Below, piece after piece: positions 48,903 to 57,246 of a stretch of 64,000 nucleotides of DNA (the stretch's first letter is position 1; every line of letters begins with the position of its first letter). The translations under genes were made by a program, and so were the position numbers. Source of the DNA: Halieaceae bacterium (GTDB lineage Bacteria > Pseudomonadota > Gammaproteobacteria > Pseudomonadales > Halieaceae); assembly GCA_036353375.1 (NCBI GenBank), contig JAZBPS010000429.1:4245-68244 (forward strand), given 5' to 3'. The notes under the pieces are model-generated. The model was not told the DNA's origin and did not search any database. It worked only from the letters and a program-made list of their open reading frames with translations.

Positions 48903-48996
48903 GGGAACTCCGTGTCTTATCGTTATTGTTCGCCCGCTGAGCGGGCGTGGCGTGAGTATAGGTTTTTGGAGCGACGACGGCGACCAGCGCCGCGAG

Positions 48997-49899
48997 CTAG
49001 TTGTCTGCAAAGGCCTCCAGCGCTGCGCGTGCTATGGGCTCGCCCCACTCCTGCAGGAAATGGCCGCCATCCTCAATGAACATTGGCTCCGGGCAGTTAC
49101 GGATGGTCCGACGCAGCGCCTCCATCTGCTGCGGCCCAAGCACCGGGTCGGCCATGCCGACTGCCATAAAGCTCTGGCCCTCCCATTCGTTTGACCACCA
49201 GTCCGCGGCCCGCTTTGAAACGTCTACGCCTTCCATATCAGGGCTGACCATCACCATCTCCGGGAACCGACGTACGCCTGCCTTGTAGCTGATATCGGGA
49301 TAGGGGGCGCCGTAGGCTGACGCTTCCGCATCACTGAGTATCGGCGTCGCACGTTTCATGAGCGCGGCGATATCCATATCGGGCTGGCTGGCAGCGTAGG
49401 CCTTCCAGGCGTTGAACCCCTCGCCGGGGGAGTTGCCCACGGCAATCGCGGTATTCATAACCAGCAGGCGCTCGAAGCGCTCCGGCATATCCTGCGGAAT
49501 GGTCAGGCCCAGCAGTCCGCCCCAATCCTGGCAAACCAGCGTGATGTGCTGCAGGTCCAGCCGCTCGATCAGCGCCAGCATCATGTTGCGGTGAAAGTGG
49601 AAGGTGTAGACGCTGTCGTCCACAGGCTTGTCAGACCGGCCGAAACCCAGCCAGTCAGGCGCAATTACCCGGGCACCGGATTCCACGAACACGGGGATCA
49701 TTTTCCGGTACAAATAGCTCCAGCTCGGCTGGCCGTGCAGACAGAGGAATGTGTGTGCTGCGTCTTTCGGTCCCTCATCCAGGTAGTGCACCCGCAAACC
49801 TTCGTATCCGGGCAGGTCATCGATGTAATGAGGCGCGAAGTCGTAGCCGGGAAGATTCTCAAAACAGGCATCGGGTGTGCGTTTCGCATCTATCTGCAT
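48997..49899 (-). CDS. Haloalkane dehalogenase, DhlA-like (HLD-I)
   Basis: Long stretches match my recollection of Xanthobacter DhlA: RTPD..F.NL..Y.F.P.Y.DDLPGY.GLR.HYLDEG, FLCLHG.P.WSYLYRKMIPVF.ESGARVIAPD, HRN..LALIERLDL..ITLV.QDWGG, GHF.QE. Confidence 0.85.
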   Translation of the reverse strand: MQIDAKRTPDACFENLPGYDFAPHYIDDLPGYEGLRVHYLDEGPKDAAHTFLCLHGQPSWSYLYRKMIPVFVESGARVIAPDWLGFGRSDKPVDDSVYTFHFHRNMMLALIERLDLQHITLVCQDWGGLLGLTIPQDMPERFERLLVMNTAIAVGNSPGEGFNAWKAYAASQPDMDIAALMKRATPILSDAEASAYGAPYPDISYKAGVRRFPEMVMVSPDMEGVDVSKRAADWWSNEWEGQSFMAVGMADPVLGPQQMEALRRTIRNCPEPMFIEDGGHFLQEWGEPIARAALEAFADN

Positions 49900-49955
49900 G
49901 GTTGGCGTCCTGGGTTCAACGAGTTGCTGTGAGGGACCTGCGGGCGCTGGGCGCG

Positions 49956-50711
49956 TCAGGGCTTTTCAAACACAAAGAAAAAACGGTCAGTGTTGCCCGT
50001 GACCGTCTTGCGGCCCACCTCGTATGCCAGCGTGTCGTCCGGGCGGTAAAACATGTCCGAGTACTTCTCAAGCACAAAGCCGGCCTGCATGACTTCCGTC
50101 AGGACCCGTACCGGGTCCTCACGCCGCCAGTTCTCGAAATCATCCGGCTGCATGTGGCGTCGGGTATGGTCAATGATGACGAACTTGCCGCCGCGCTTGA
50201 GAGCTTTGAACACTGCCGTGTTAAAGGCATCCCGGTCCGCCAGCGAGAGGTTGTGGTAGTTGCGGATATTGAGAAACATATCCAGCTTGCTGGATTCAAA
50301 ATCGATCTCATTGAACGTGTAGACCTGTTCGTCATCGTCCCAGCCCATGTCCATGTTGACGCGACGCACCTTTTCCATCTCCGGGGCGTCGCTGAACGGG
50401 TCCAGCTCAGCCAGCCATTCCTCTGCGTACCCGACAATCAGCTCGCCCTCATCCTTGAGCACCGGGGCGAGAATCTTGGTGTACCAGCCTGCGCCCGGAC
50501 CAAACTCGAACACTCGCATATCGTCCCGCAGGCCCATAAATTCCAGCGCTGCAACCGGGTCGCGATTATCGTCCCGGTCACGTTCACGCTCGTAGCGGTA
50601 ATCGAGCGCGAGCGCGTCCTGAATTTTTTCGACGGTCCGGCTCTGGGCCCCGGTAACGGGTATGTAAAGAAACAACAGGGTCAACAGCAGCGCAAGAGAC
50701 TTTGAATGCAT
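49956..50711 (-). CDS. Class I SAM-methyltransferase-fold protein with an N-terminal signal peptide
   Basis: Signal-like MHSKSLALLLTLLFLYIPVTGAQS; motif I VFEFGPGAGWYT; post-I/II acidic residues; KRGGKFVIIDH. Confidence 0.65.
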   Translation of the reverse strand: MHSKSLALLLTLLFLYIPVTGAQSRTVEKIQDALALDYRYERERDRDDNRDPVAALEFMGLRDDMRVFEFGPGAGWYTKILAPVLKDEGELIVGYAEEWLAELDPFSDAPEMEKVRRVNMDMGWDDDEQVYTFNEIDFESSKLDMFLNIRNYHNLSLADRDAFNTAVFKALKRGGKFVIIDHTRRHMQPDDFENWRREDPVRVLTEVMQAGFVLEKYSDMFYRPDDTLAYEVGRKTVTGNTDRFFFVFEKP

Positions 50712-50829
50712 GACGGACTCCGGGGATGAGTGAGGGAGTAGGCAAAGGCTACCGTCAGGCTAGGGTCAAATTCGCTGGATGTAAACAGACCGCGGTAAGA
50801 CCTTATCCCGCCTTCGCTATACTGTATGC

Positions 50830-51237
50830 ATGAGACGTTCATACCGCACATTGCAGATGCTGGGCCTTGTCGCCAGCCTCAGTGCCTGCCAGCAGGAACC
50901 ATCGCCAACCGACCTGTCATCGGTCGCACCCTCTCTGACAGCGCCGACCGCGCCCATGCAGCAAGAGGCCAATGAAACGGGAGACCTGACGGCGGCGATC
51001 GTCACCCCGCCGCCGTCGCGCGAACCGCTGAATCTAGCCATCCCCGGAGATATCCTCGAGGAGCAGCCAGAGCACAGCTTTCCCGAACATGCGGAACGCC
51101 TTCCCGACCTGTTTGCCAGGAAGGCCCGCGCCGGAAAATCAATCTCAGGTGAGCTACTGTTCGAACCCGGCGAGCGTGCAAGCCTGGACAGCATGGACGG
51201 CGCTAAAATCTCGATCCGCATCCCGACAGGCGACTAG
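50830..51237 (+). CDS. Hypothetical lipoprotein
   Basis: 135 aa with lipobox LSAC and a Pro/Ser/Thr-rich linker. No recognisable family. Confidence 0.5.
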   Translation: MRRSYRTLQMLGLVASLSACQQEPSPTDLSSVAPSLTAPTAPMQQEANETGDLTAAIVTPPPSREPLNLAIPGDILEEQPEHSFPEHAERLPDLFARKARAGKSISGELLFEPGERASLDSMDGAKISIRIPTGD

Positions 51238-51295
51238 GCGACGGCGCCGCGGGATCCACGAGACCGCAGGATTTCGATCAATTCGAGGCGCACGC

Positions 51296-51324
51296 AAAAA
51301 AAAGCCCCGCGATTGCGGGGCTTT
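51296..51324. terminator. Rho-independent terminator downstream of pntB (possibly bidirectional)
   Basis: Stem GCCCCGC (51304-51310), loop GATT, stem GCGGGGC (51315-51321). The A8 run on plus equals a T8 run after the hairpin on the minus strand. On plus it is followed by TTTCGTGT. Confidence 0.8.
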
Positions 51325-51353
51325 CGTGTCTGCTTCAATGAAAAGCCAGGCGA

Positions 51354-52709
51354 TCAGGAACTGAACTCCTTCACCAGGCCTGAGATGGACTCCTTCGCAT
51401 CGCCGAACAACATGCGCGTGTTGTCCTTGAAGAACAGCGGGTTGTCGATGCCGGCAAAACCGGAGGCCATAGAGCGCTTGAGCACGAACACCGTGCGCGC
51501 CATATCCACGTTGATCACGGGCATGCCGTAAATCGGGCTGCCCTCCATTTCGCGGGCCGCCGGATTCACCACGTCGTTGGCGCCGATAACAATCGCCACG
51601 TCCACCGTTTCCATGCGCGGATTGATCTCGTCCATCTCCAGCAGCAGGTCGTAGGGCACGTCCGCCTCTGCCAGAAGAACGTTCATATGGCCGGGCATAC
51701 GTCCCGCCACGGGGTGAATACCGTACACCACTTCGCAGCCGTTCTTCTCCAGCTCTTCCTGCAGTTCCTTGACCACGTGCTGCGCCTGCGCAACGGCCAT
51801 GCCGTAACCCGGGATAACCGCTACGCTGGTGGCGGCTTCCAGCACGTAGTAGGCGTCTTCTGCGGAAATCGGCTTGACCTCGCCTTCGATCGCGACAGCC
51901 GGGCCGCCTGCAGAACCGAAGCCCGAGAACAAAACATTGGACAGCGAGCGGTTCATGGCCTTGCACATGATCTGCGTAAGGATGATGCCGCTGGCACCCA
52001 CCAGGGAGCCCGCCACGATCAGGATATTGTTGTTGATCGCAAAACCCGCCGCACAGGCCGCCAGGCCGGAGTAGGAGTTCAGCAGGGAAATCACCACCGG
52101 CATGTCGGCACCCCCGATGGGGATCACAGCCATGATGCCGAACAACAGCGCCAGTCCAACCACGGCGTACAGCCAGGTTGGATCGGTCGGGTTGATGCAG
52201 AACATCACCGCGCTGCCAAGGATACCCAGCACAATCAGGCTGTTGACGATCTGCTGACCCGAAAACATGACCGCGCCGCTGCCAATGGTCTCGCTCAACT
52301 TGCCGTAGGCTACCAGGCTACCGGTAAAGGTCAGGCCACCAATCAGGATGGACAGCACCACGGTGATCAGCGTGAAGGTGCCGGCGTCAGGGCTGATCGC
52401 GGCCCAGCCAACCAGCAGTGACGCCATGCCACCGAAGCCATTGAACAGGGCGACCATTTCCGGCATGGAGGTCATTTTGACCAGGCGGGCGGCCCCGGCA
52501 CCCACCACGCTACCGGCGAGAATGCCGATACCAATCCACTGGTATTCGACAATGCCCTGGTCCATAAGCGCCACCACCACGGCGATCAGCATACCCACAG
52601 CGGACACGAAGTTGCCGCGGCGCGCGGTCGCTGGGGAGCCCAGCATTTTCAGGCCAAAAATAAACAACGCGGCCGAGGCCACGTAGGCGAACTGAATAAC
52701 GGTATCCAT
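51354..52709 (-). CDS. pntB: NAD(P) transhydrogenase subunit beta
   Basis: 451 aa with a multi-TM N-terminus and C-terminal dIII (GYGMAVAQAQH, PVAGRMPGHMNVLLAEA, GANDVVNPAA). Confidence 0.95.
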   Translation of the reverse strand: MDTVIQFAYVASAALFIFGLKMLGSPATARRGNFVSAVGMLIAVVVALMDQGIVEYQWIGIGILAGSVVGAGAARLVKMTSMPEMVALFNGFGGMASLLVGWAAISPDAGTFTLITVVLSILIGGLTFTGSLVAYGKLSETIGSGAVMFSGQQIVNSLIVLGILGSAVMFCINPTDPTWLYAVVGLALLFGIMAVIPIGGADMPVVISLLNSYSGLAACAAGFAINNNILIVAGSLVGASGIILTQIMCKAMNRSLSNVLFSGFGSAGGPAVAIEGEVKPISAEDAYYVLEAATSVAVIPGYGMAVAQAQHVVKELQEELEKNGCEVVYGIHPVAGRMPGHMNVLLAEADVPYDLLLEMDEINPRMETVDVAIVIGANDVVNPAAREMEGSPIYGMPVINVDMARTVFVLKRSMASGFAGIDNPLFFKDNTRMLFGDAKESISGLVKEFSS

Positions 52710-52714
52710 CTGGC

Positions 52715-53002
52715 TCAGCCCCCCTTCTTCTTGAACATGGCGAGCATGCGGTCGGTCACGAGGTAACCGCCCACCACGTTAATGGAGGCAAGGGCCACCG
52801 CGCCTGCCCCCAGCCAGTTGGCCAGGTCCTGGTTGCCGGTGCCCGCCAGTCCCACAGCACCCACCAGAGTGATGCCGGAAATCGCATTAGCGCCGGACAT
52901 CAGGGGGGTGTGCAATGTCGCCGGTACTTTGTTAATCAGCTCGAAGCCCAGGAAGATGGACAGCATGAGGATGAACGTCAGGAATACTTCAGCCGGTACC
53001 AT
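52715..53002 (-). CDS. pntA: NAD(P) transhydrogenase subunit alpha part 2 (membrane)
   Basis: 95 aa, three TM, HTPLMSGANAISGI motif. ATG 53002 lies 1 nt from the pntAA stop. Confidence 0.9.
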   Translation of the reverse strand: MVPAEVFLTFILMLSIFLGFELINKVPATLHTPLMSGANAISGITLVGAVGLAGTGNQDLANWLGAGAVALASINVVGGYLVTDRMLAMFKKKGG

Positions 53003-53003
53003 G

Positions 53004-54146
53004 TTATGCGCCTCCTTCCAGAATGTTCTTGATAGTTTCGTTGGTGATGGCGCCATCGTGGGTAATCACGCAGCCTTGCAGGATGTCGTCTTCAAAATCC
53101 ACTTTGAAGGTTTTGCTTTCCTCATCCCAGTTGTCGTCCACCAGGTTGAACATGTTCGAGGCGTACATCTGGCTGGCGTCCCGGGCCACATAGTTGGGCC
53201 AGTTGCCGTCGCCAATCACCATCACGCCATTAATGTTCACTGTCTTGCCGGGCTCAGAGCCCTCAACGTTACCGCCGGTTTCAGCGGCCATATCTACCAC
53301 TACCGAGCCGGGACGCATGCGCTCTACCACATCGCGGGTCACCAGAACCGGCGGTTTGCGACCAAATACCTGGGCCGTGGTTATCAACACATCGGAGTCG
53401 GCGATAACGTCTGCCTGGGCCTGGCGCTGTTTTTCGACCTGCTCAGGCGTCAGCTCCTTGGCGTAGCCATCCTTGGTCTGGCCGGTTTCGCCGAGGTCAA
53501 TCTCCAGGAACTTGCCGCCCAGGGACTCCACCTGCTCCTTCACCACCGAGCGCGTGTCAAACGCGGTCACTCTGGCACCCAGGCGCTTGGCGGTTGCGAT
53601 GGCCTGAAGCCCTGCCACGCCGGCGCCGATAATGAATACCTTGGCGGGCTTCAGGGTGCCGGCGGGGGTCATCATCATGGGCAGGATGGAGGGCAGCCTT
53701 GTGGCCGCCAACAGCACCATCACATAGCCCGCGAGGCTCGCCTGGGAGGACAGCGCGTCCATTTTCTGACTGCGGGTGGAGCGGGGAATCATCTCCATGG
53801 AAATCGCGGTGATGCCGGCGTTCTGGAACGCTCGCACCAGATCGTGTTCATTGAAAGGATCCAGGTAGCTGACATGGATGCAGCCCTTTTTCAGCTGGCT
53901 GACTTCCTCAAGCTCGGGCTTGCGGATCCGCAGGATCATATCGGCGGCGCCGAGCATGGCAGCGCGGTCGCTGCTGACCTGGCAGCCGGCCTCAACATAC
54001 TCCTCGTCGTGGTATCCGGAACCCAGTCCCATGCCGGCCTCGATGGTGACTTCCGCCCCCATGCGCACCAGCTTCTTGGCCACGTCAGGAATGACCGGAA
54101 CCCGGTTCTCTCCCGGATGCGTCTCTTTCGGGATCGCTATGTGCAT
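53004..54146 (-). CDS. pntA: NAD(P) transhydrogenase subunit alpha part 1 (dI)
   Basis: 380 aa, IAIPKETHPGENRV start, Rossmann VFIIGAGVAGLQAI. Confidence 0.95.
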   Translation of the reverse strand: MHIAIPKETHPGENRVPVIPDVAKKLVRMGAEVTIEAGMGLGSGYHDEEYVEAGCQVSSDRAAMLGAADMILRIRKPELEEVSQLKKGCIHVSYLDPFNEHDLVRAFQNAGITAISMEMIPRSTRSQKMDALSSQASLAGYVMVLLAATRLPSILPMMMTPAGTLKPAKVFIIGAGVAGLQAIATAKRLGARVTAFDTRSVVKEQVESLGGKFLEIDLGETGQTKDGYAKELTPEQVEKQRQAQADVIADSDVLITTAQVFGRKPPVLVTRDVVERMRPGSVVVDMAAETGGNVEGSEPGKTVNINGVMVIGDGNWPNYVARDASQMYASNMFNLVDDNWDEESKTFKVDFEDDILQGCVITHDGAITNETIKNILEGGA

Positions 54147-54456
54147 AGATGTACCCGTCCCCTGTTGCTGTTATGGGTGAAAAAAGACCGTGCAATGTAG
54201 CACAGCCCAAAAAATCGTCTATATCCCGCTGTCCAGTTATCCGTACCGCGGCGCTGCCGCGTTCCGCTGGCGTGCCTGAACGAGCTGGTGGTGTTGTTTG
54301 CGTTTGGTCTCCTGCCAGGGCCTGGCAGTGAGCGAATATATCTGCATCTGCACAGTTGCGTCGCGATCAGCGCGGCCAGCTGTGCATGCTGTCTCCTTAT
54401 TTCTCGCGTCTTTATTAGTGTCTTATGAGCGTATCGTCATGTCCCTGGAGAACAGT

Positions 54457-54474
54457 CGGGGCCATGCGGCCCCG
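54457..54474 (-). terminator. GC hairpin 6 nt after the chrR stop (weak terminator candidate)
   Basis: Minus strand reads CGGGGCC-GCAT-GGCCCCG. The downstream tract ACTGTTCTCC is only weakly T-rich. Confidence 0.3.
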
Positions 54475-54479
54475 GTATA

Positions 54480-55130
54480 TCAATTTGCCTGGAGCTGTAT
54501 GAACGGATTCAACAAACGGTAGTTCCAGGGCTTGAAGCGGATGGGTGCGTCCAGCACGCCGATGCAGATGCAATCTGCGGTTCTCGATGCTGTCGGAGTA
54601 TGCTCGTCAGCCGCATCCCGCATCAGGAAATCGCCCTGGTGGTAAATGCCCTCTTCATCAGAGAAGCTGCCCTCAAGCACCAGCGTAAACTCCGTGCCGC
54701 GGTGGGCGTGCCGGGGAATACTCCCACCTGCCTTGATGTGATACAGCGCAAACTCGTTGTCCGGGTCACCCGTGCGCAGGCGCGCAATCTGCAGTGCTGC
54801 ATTGATGCGCTGCCACTTCAGGTCTTCGTAATTTCCATTCATCAGGCGCTGTACCAGCACCGGCCCCTCATCGCGGGAAGCGCGGGACTTGTAGGTCAGC
54901 GGCGGCTCATCCTCGAGGTGGTTCAGCAGGTTATCCAGCATACTGTCGGGGACGTCCACCGACGCCAGGGCGTCAAACATTTCCGCGCCCACCTGCGTCA
55001 AGGCATTGACCTTGCGCTGGCAGTGATCGCAGAAATGGAGATGAACCGATATACAGGCGGACTGCGCGAGCGGCAGACTGCCGGCAACGAATTCGTTTAA
55101 CAGGCGGGTTTCCGGATGATGAGTAACCAT
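54480..55130 (-). CDS. chrR: ChrR-type anti-sigma factor (ZAS N-domain plus cupin C-domain)
   Basis: HPETRLLNEFVAGSL, zinc motif HLHFCDHC, C-terminal cupin HAHRGTEFTLVLEGSF. Lies downstream of the ECF sigma gene. Confidence 0.85.
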   Translation of the reverse strand: MVTHHPETRLLNEFVAGSLPLAQSACISVHLHFCDHCQRKVNALTQVGAEMFDALASVDVPDSMLDNLLNHLEDEPPLTYKSRASRDEGPVLVQRLMNGNYEDLKWQRINAALQIARLRTGDPDNEFALYHIKAGGSIPRHAHRGTEFTLVLEGSFSDEEGIYHQGDFLMRDAADEHTPTASRTADCICIGVLDAPIRFKPWNYRLLNPFIQLQAN

Positions 55131-55166
55131 GATCTTCTATCGCTTCTCAAAAGGCACGTTCACGAC

Positions 55167-55790
55167 CTAATCCTGCTCGGTCATGACTTGTAGTTTTTGC
55201 ATGGCCAGTCGCACCCGCGACTTGACCGTTCCCAACGGAAGCTGAAGGTCTTCCGCAACCTCGGAGTGCGACTTGCCCTCCATATATACCTTGGCAAGAA
55301 TCTGGGACTGCTCCATGGGCAGCTCCTTGAGCATTTCCTTGACACGCTCCGCGTTGCGACGCTGCTGCACCGTGACGAAAGGCTCTTCTTCTTCCTGATC
55401 TACCCAGATGTCCTCAGCGGCCAGCGGGGTGTCAAATTTCTGCAGCCGCCGGTACATGTCGGTCCGGCAGTTACGCGCAATGGTGTAAATCCAGGTACTG
55501 GCTGCCGCCTTGCGCGGGTTGAAGCCGCCGGCTTTCTGCCACACCTTGAGCATGACTTCCTGAACCAGCTCGTCAGCGTGAGCTGCCGCCAGCGGGGAGC
55601 CAGACAGGGCAAACGCCTTGACCAACGGCGCGAAGTGCTTGAACAAGCGAGCGAATGCAGCGCGATCCTGCTTTTCGGCGATGATTTGGAGACATTGGCT
55701 CCACTCATCATCACGTTTTCCACCGGCCTTGATCTTCGCTTGCGCTTGCGCTTGCATTTCAGTGTCGTCCTCTGGTGGTTTGTCGCTCAT
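55167..55790 (-). CDS. rpoE: ECF RNA polymerase sigma factor, RpoE(ChrR-partner) type
   Basis: Region 2 (AAFARLFKHFAPLVKAFAL...DELVQEVMLKVW) and region 4 (SHSEVAEDLQLPLGTVKSRVRLAMQKL). N-terminal acidic/QAQAQA extension; ATG 55757 is an alternative start. Confidence 0.85.
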   Translation of the reverse strand: MSDKPPEDDTEMQAQAQAKIKAGGKRDDEWSQCLQIIAEKQDRAAFARLFKHFAPLVKAFALSGSPLAAAHADELVQEVMLKVWQKAGGFNPRKAAASTWIYTIARNCRTDMYRRLQKFDTPLAAEDIWVDQEEEEPFVTVQQRRNAERVKEMLKELPMEQSQILAKVYMEGKSHSEVAEDLQLPLGTVKSRVRLAMQKLQVMTEQD

Positions 55791-55811
55791 ACGAGCTCTC
55801 CTGTGTGCAAC

Positions 55812-55838
55812 TTACGTTCAGCACCCACCGCCGGATCA
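55812..55838 (-). promoter_or_regulatory. Candidate ECF (ChrR-group) promoter for the sigma/anti-sigma operon
   Basis: Minus strand TGATCC (comp. 55833-55838), 16 nt, CGTAA (comp. 55812-55816). Ends about 22 nt upstream of ATG 55790. Confidence 0.6.
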
Positions 55839-55883
55839 CCGGAAGAGGATTGATTGCAGGTTTTATAGACCATAGCCGATCAA

Positions 55884-55910
55884 TGATCCGCTAAATTGAG
55901 CAAACCGTAA
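55884..55910 (+). promoter_or_regulatory. Candidate ECF (ChrR-group) promoter for the divergent lipid-modification operon
   Basis: Plus strand TGATCC (55884-55889), 16 nt, CGTAA (55906-55910). Ends about 35 nt upstream of ATG 55945. Confidence 0.6.
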
Positions 55911-55944
55911 ACACCTTCCACAAAACCTCAACATTTCAAGGCCC

Positions 55945-57246
55945 ATGAGCGCGCCAGAGCGAGCAGAGCGAATAGCGATTGTCGGTAGCGGTATTTCCGG
56001 TCTGGCATGCGCCTACTACCTTACCCGGGACACCGCCTGTGACGTGCAGGTGTTCGAGTCCGCCGGGAAGATCGGCGGCCACACAGCTACCGTGGACGTT
56101 AAAATCGGTGGACGCCAGTACGCCATCGACACGGGTTTCATCGTTTACAACGACTGGACCTACCCCCACTTCATCCAGCTTCTCACCGACCTGGGCGTTG
56201 CAACACAGCCTACCCGCATGAGCTTCAGCGTGAGCGACCAGCTCACGGGTCTAGAGTGGGCCGGTTCCGGCCTGGATACGCTGTTTGCCCAGCGCAAAAA
56301 CCTGCTGTCGCCCCGCTTTCTCGGCATGGTCAGGGACATCCTCCGCTTCAACAAGCGCTCGGTGGCCGACCTGGAATCCGGTGCCATTGACGCCAGCATG
56401 ACGCTGGGGGAATACCTGCGCAGGAACGGCTACGGTGAGGCCTTTATAGAGCAGTACCTGGTACCCATGGGCTCGGCCATCTGGTCGGCCGACACCGCGG
56501 TTATGCAGGATTTCCCCCTTCAGTTCTTTGTCCGTTTCTTCCGCAATCACGGACTGCTGAATATCCGCAACAGGCCCCAATGGCGGGTTATTAAAGGCGG
56601 TTCTCGCCAGTACCTCGCCCCCTTGACGGCAAGCTTCAAAGACAATATCCATACTGGCATGGCCGTTCAGTCCATACAGAGGTTACAAGAGGGTGCGTTG
56701 CTGAGTTTTGCCGATGGCTCAACGCAGCAATTCGACCGCGTGGTTCTCGCCTGCCACAGCGACCAGGCCTACCGCTTGCTGGCAGACCCCAGCGATAGCG
56801 AACGACAGGTGCTGGGCGCAATGCGCTATCAGAGTAATGATGTCGTGCTGCACACCGATACCAGGCTGCTACCCAGGGCGCGTAAAACCTGGTCGGCCTG
56901 GAACTACCTGCTGACGGACCACGCGCAACGCGCCGTACTGACATACAACATGAATATCCTGCAGGGCATTGAGTCAGCCGAGACCTTCTGCGTAACGCTT
57001 AATCACACAGATGCTATCAATCCCCACAAGATTCTTGGGCGTTTCAATTACTGGCACCCGGTGTTCAGCCTGGAGCAGGTCGCCGCCCAGGGCCGCTGGG
57101 CTGAAGTGAACCGGGACCGGACCTGGTTCTGCGGCGCCTATTGGCACAACGGCTTCCACGAGGATGGCGTGCGCAGTGCACTGCGCGTGGCAGAAGCCAT
57201 CAAAACTGAGCTGGGATCAGCCAGGGCGCTGGTTTCGGCGGCATGA
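55945..57246 (+). CDS. NAD/FAD-binding amine-oxidase/phytoene-desaturase-like oxidoreductase (UfaD-like candidate)
   Basis: N-terminal dinucleotide fold IAIVGSGISGLACAYYL...VFES..KIGGH; 433 aa. First gene of the operon. Confidence 0.75.
   Translation: MSAPERAERIAIVGSGISGLACAYYLTRDTACDVQVFESAGKIGGHTATVDVKIGGRQYAIDTGFIVYNDWTYPHFIQLLTDLGVATQPTRMSFSVSDQLTGLEWAGSGLDTLFAQRKNLLSPRFLGMVRDILRFNKRSVADLESGAIDASMTLGEYLRRNGYGEAFIEQYLVPMGSAIWSADTAVMQDFPLQFFVRFFRNHGLLNIRNRPQWRVIKGGSRQYLAPLTASFKDNIHTGMAVQSIQRLQEGALLSFADGSTQQFDRVVLACHSDQAYRLLADPSDSERQVLGAMRYQSNDVVLHTDTRLLPRARKTWSAWNYLLTDHAQRAVLTYNMNILQGIESAETFCVTLNHTDAINPHKILGRFNYWHPVFSLEQVAAQGRWAEVNRDRTWFCGAYWHNGFHEDGVRSALRVAEAIKTELGSARALVSAA

Noticed and set aside
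48931-48947. Perfect hairpin CGCCCGC-TGA-GCGGGCG between the dehalogenase stop and the serine-hydrolase start.
   Set aside because: On the transcribed (minus) strand it is followed by an A-rich rather than T-rich tract, so it does not qualify as an intrinsic terminator. It may be an mRNA-stability or processing element, but there is no further evidence.
50818-50832. TATACT hexamer ending 7 nt before the ATG of the lipoprotein gene, suggesting a leaderless mRNA. A similar TACACT (23270-23275) lies 7 nt before the priA ATG 23283.
   Set aside because: The corresponding -35 regions are poor (e.g. GTAAGA). Alternative starts exist (GTG 23262 for priA), and -10-like hexamers occur by chance. This cannot be supported without TSS data.
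54298-54522. 74-aa plus-strand ORF (and the 60-aa ORF at 54149-54331) in the pntA/chrR spacer.
   Set aside because: No ribosome-binding site, Cys/Arg-rich nonsense-like sequence, and an overlap with the chrR 3' end. Treated as non-coding.
55738-55755. Tandem hexanucleotide (GCTTGC)x3 inside the ECF sigma gene, encoding QAQAQA on the minus strand.
   Set aside because: Only three units, in-frame, in a non-conserved N-terminal extension. It is too short to argue for phase variation and is more likely incidental low complexity.
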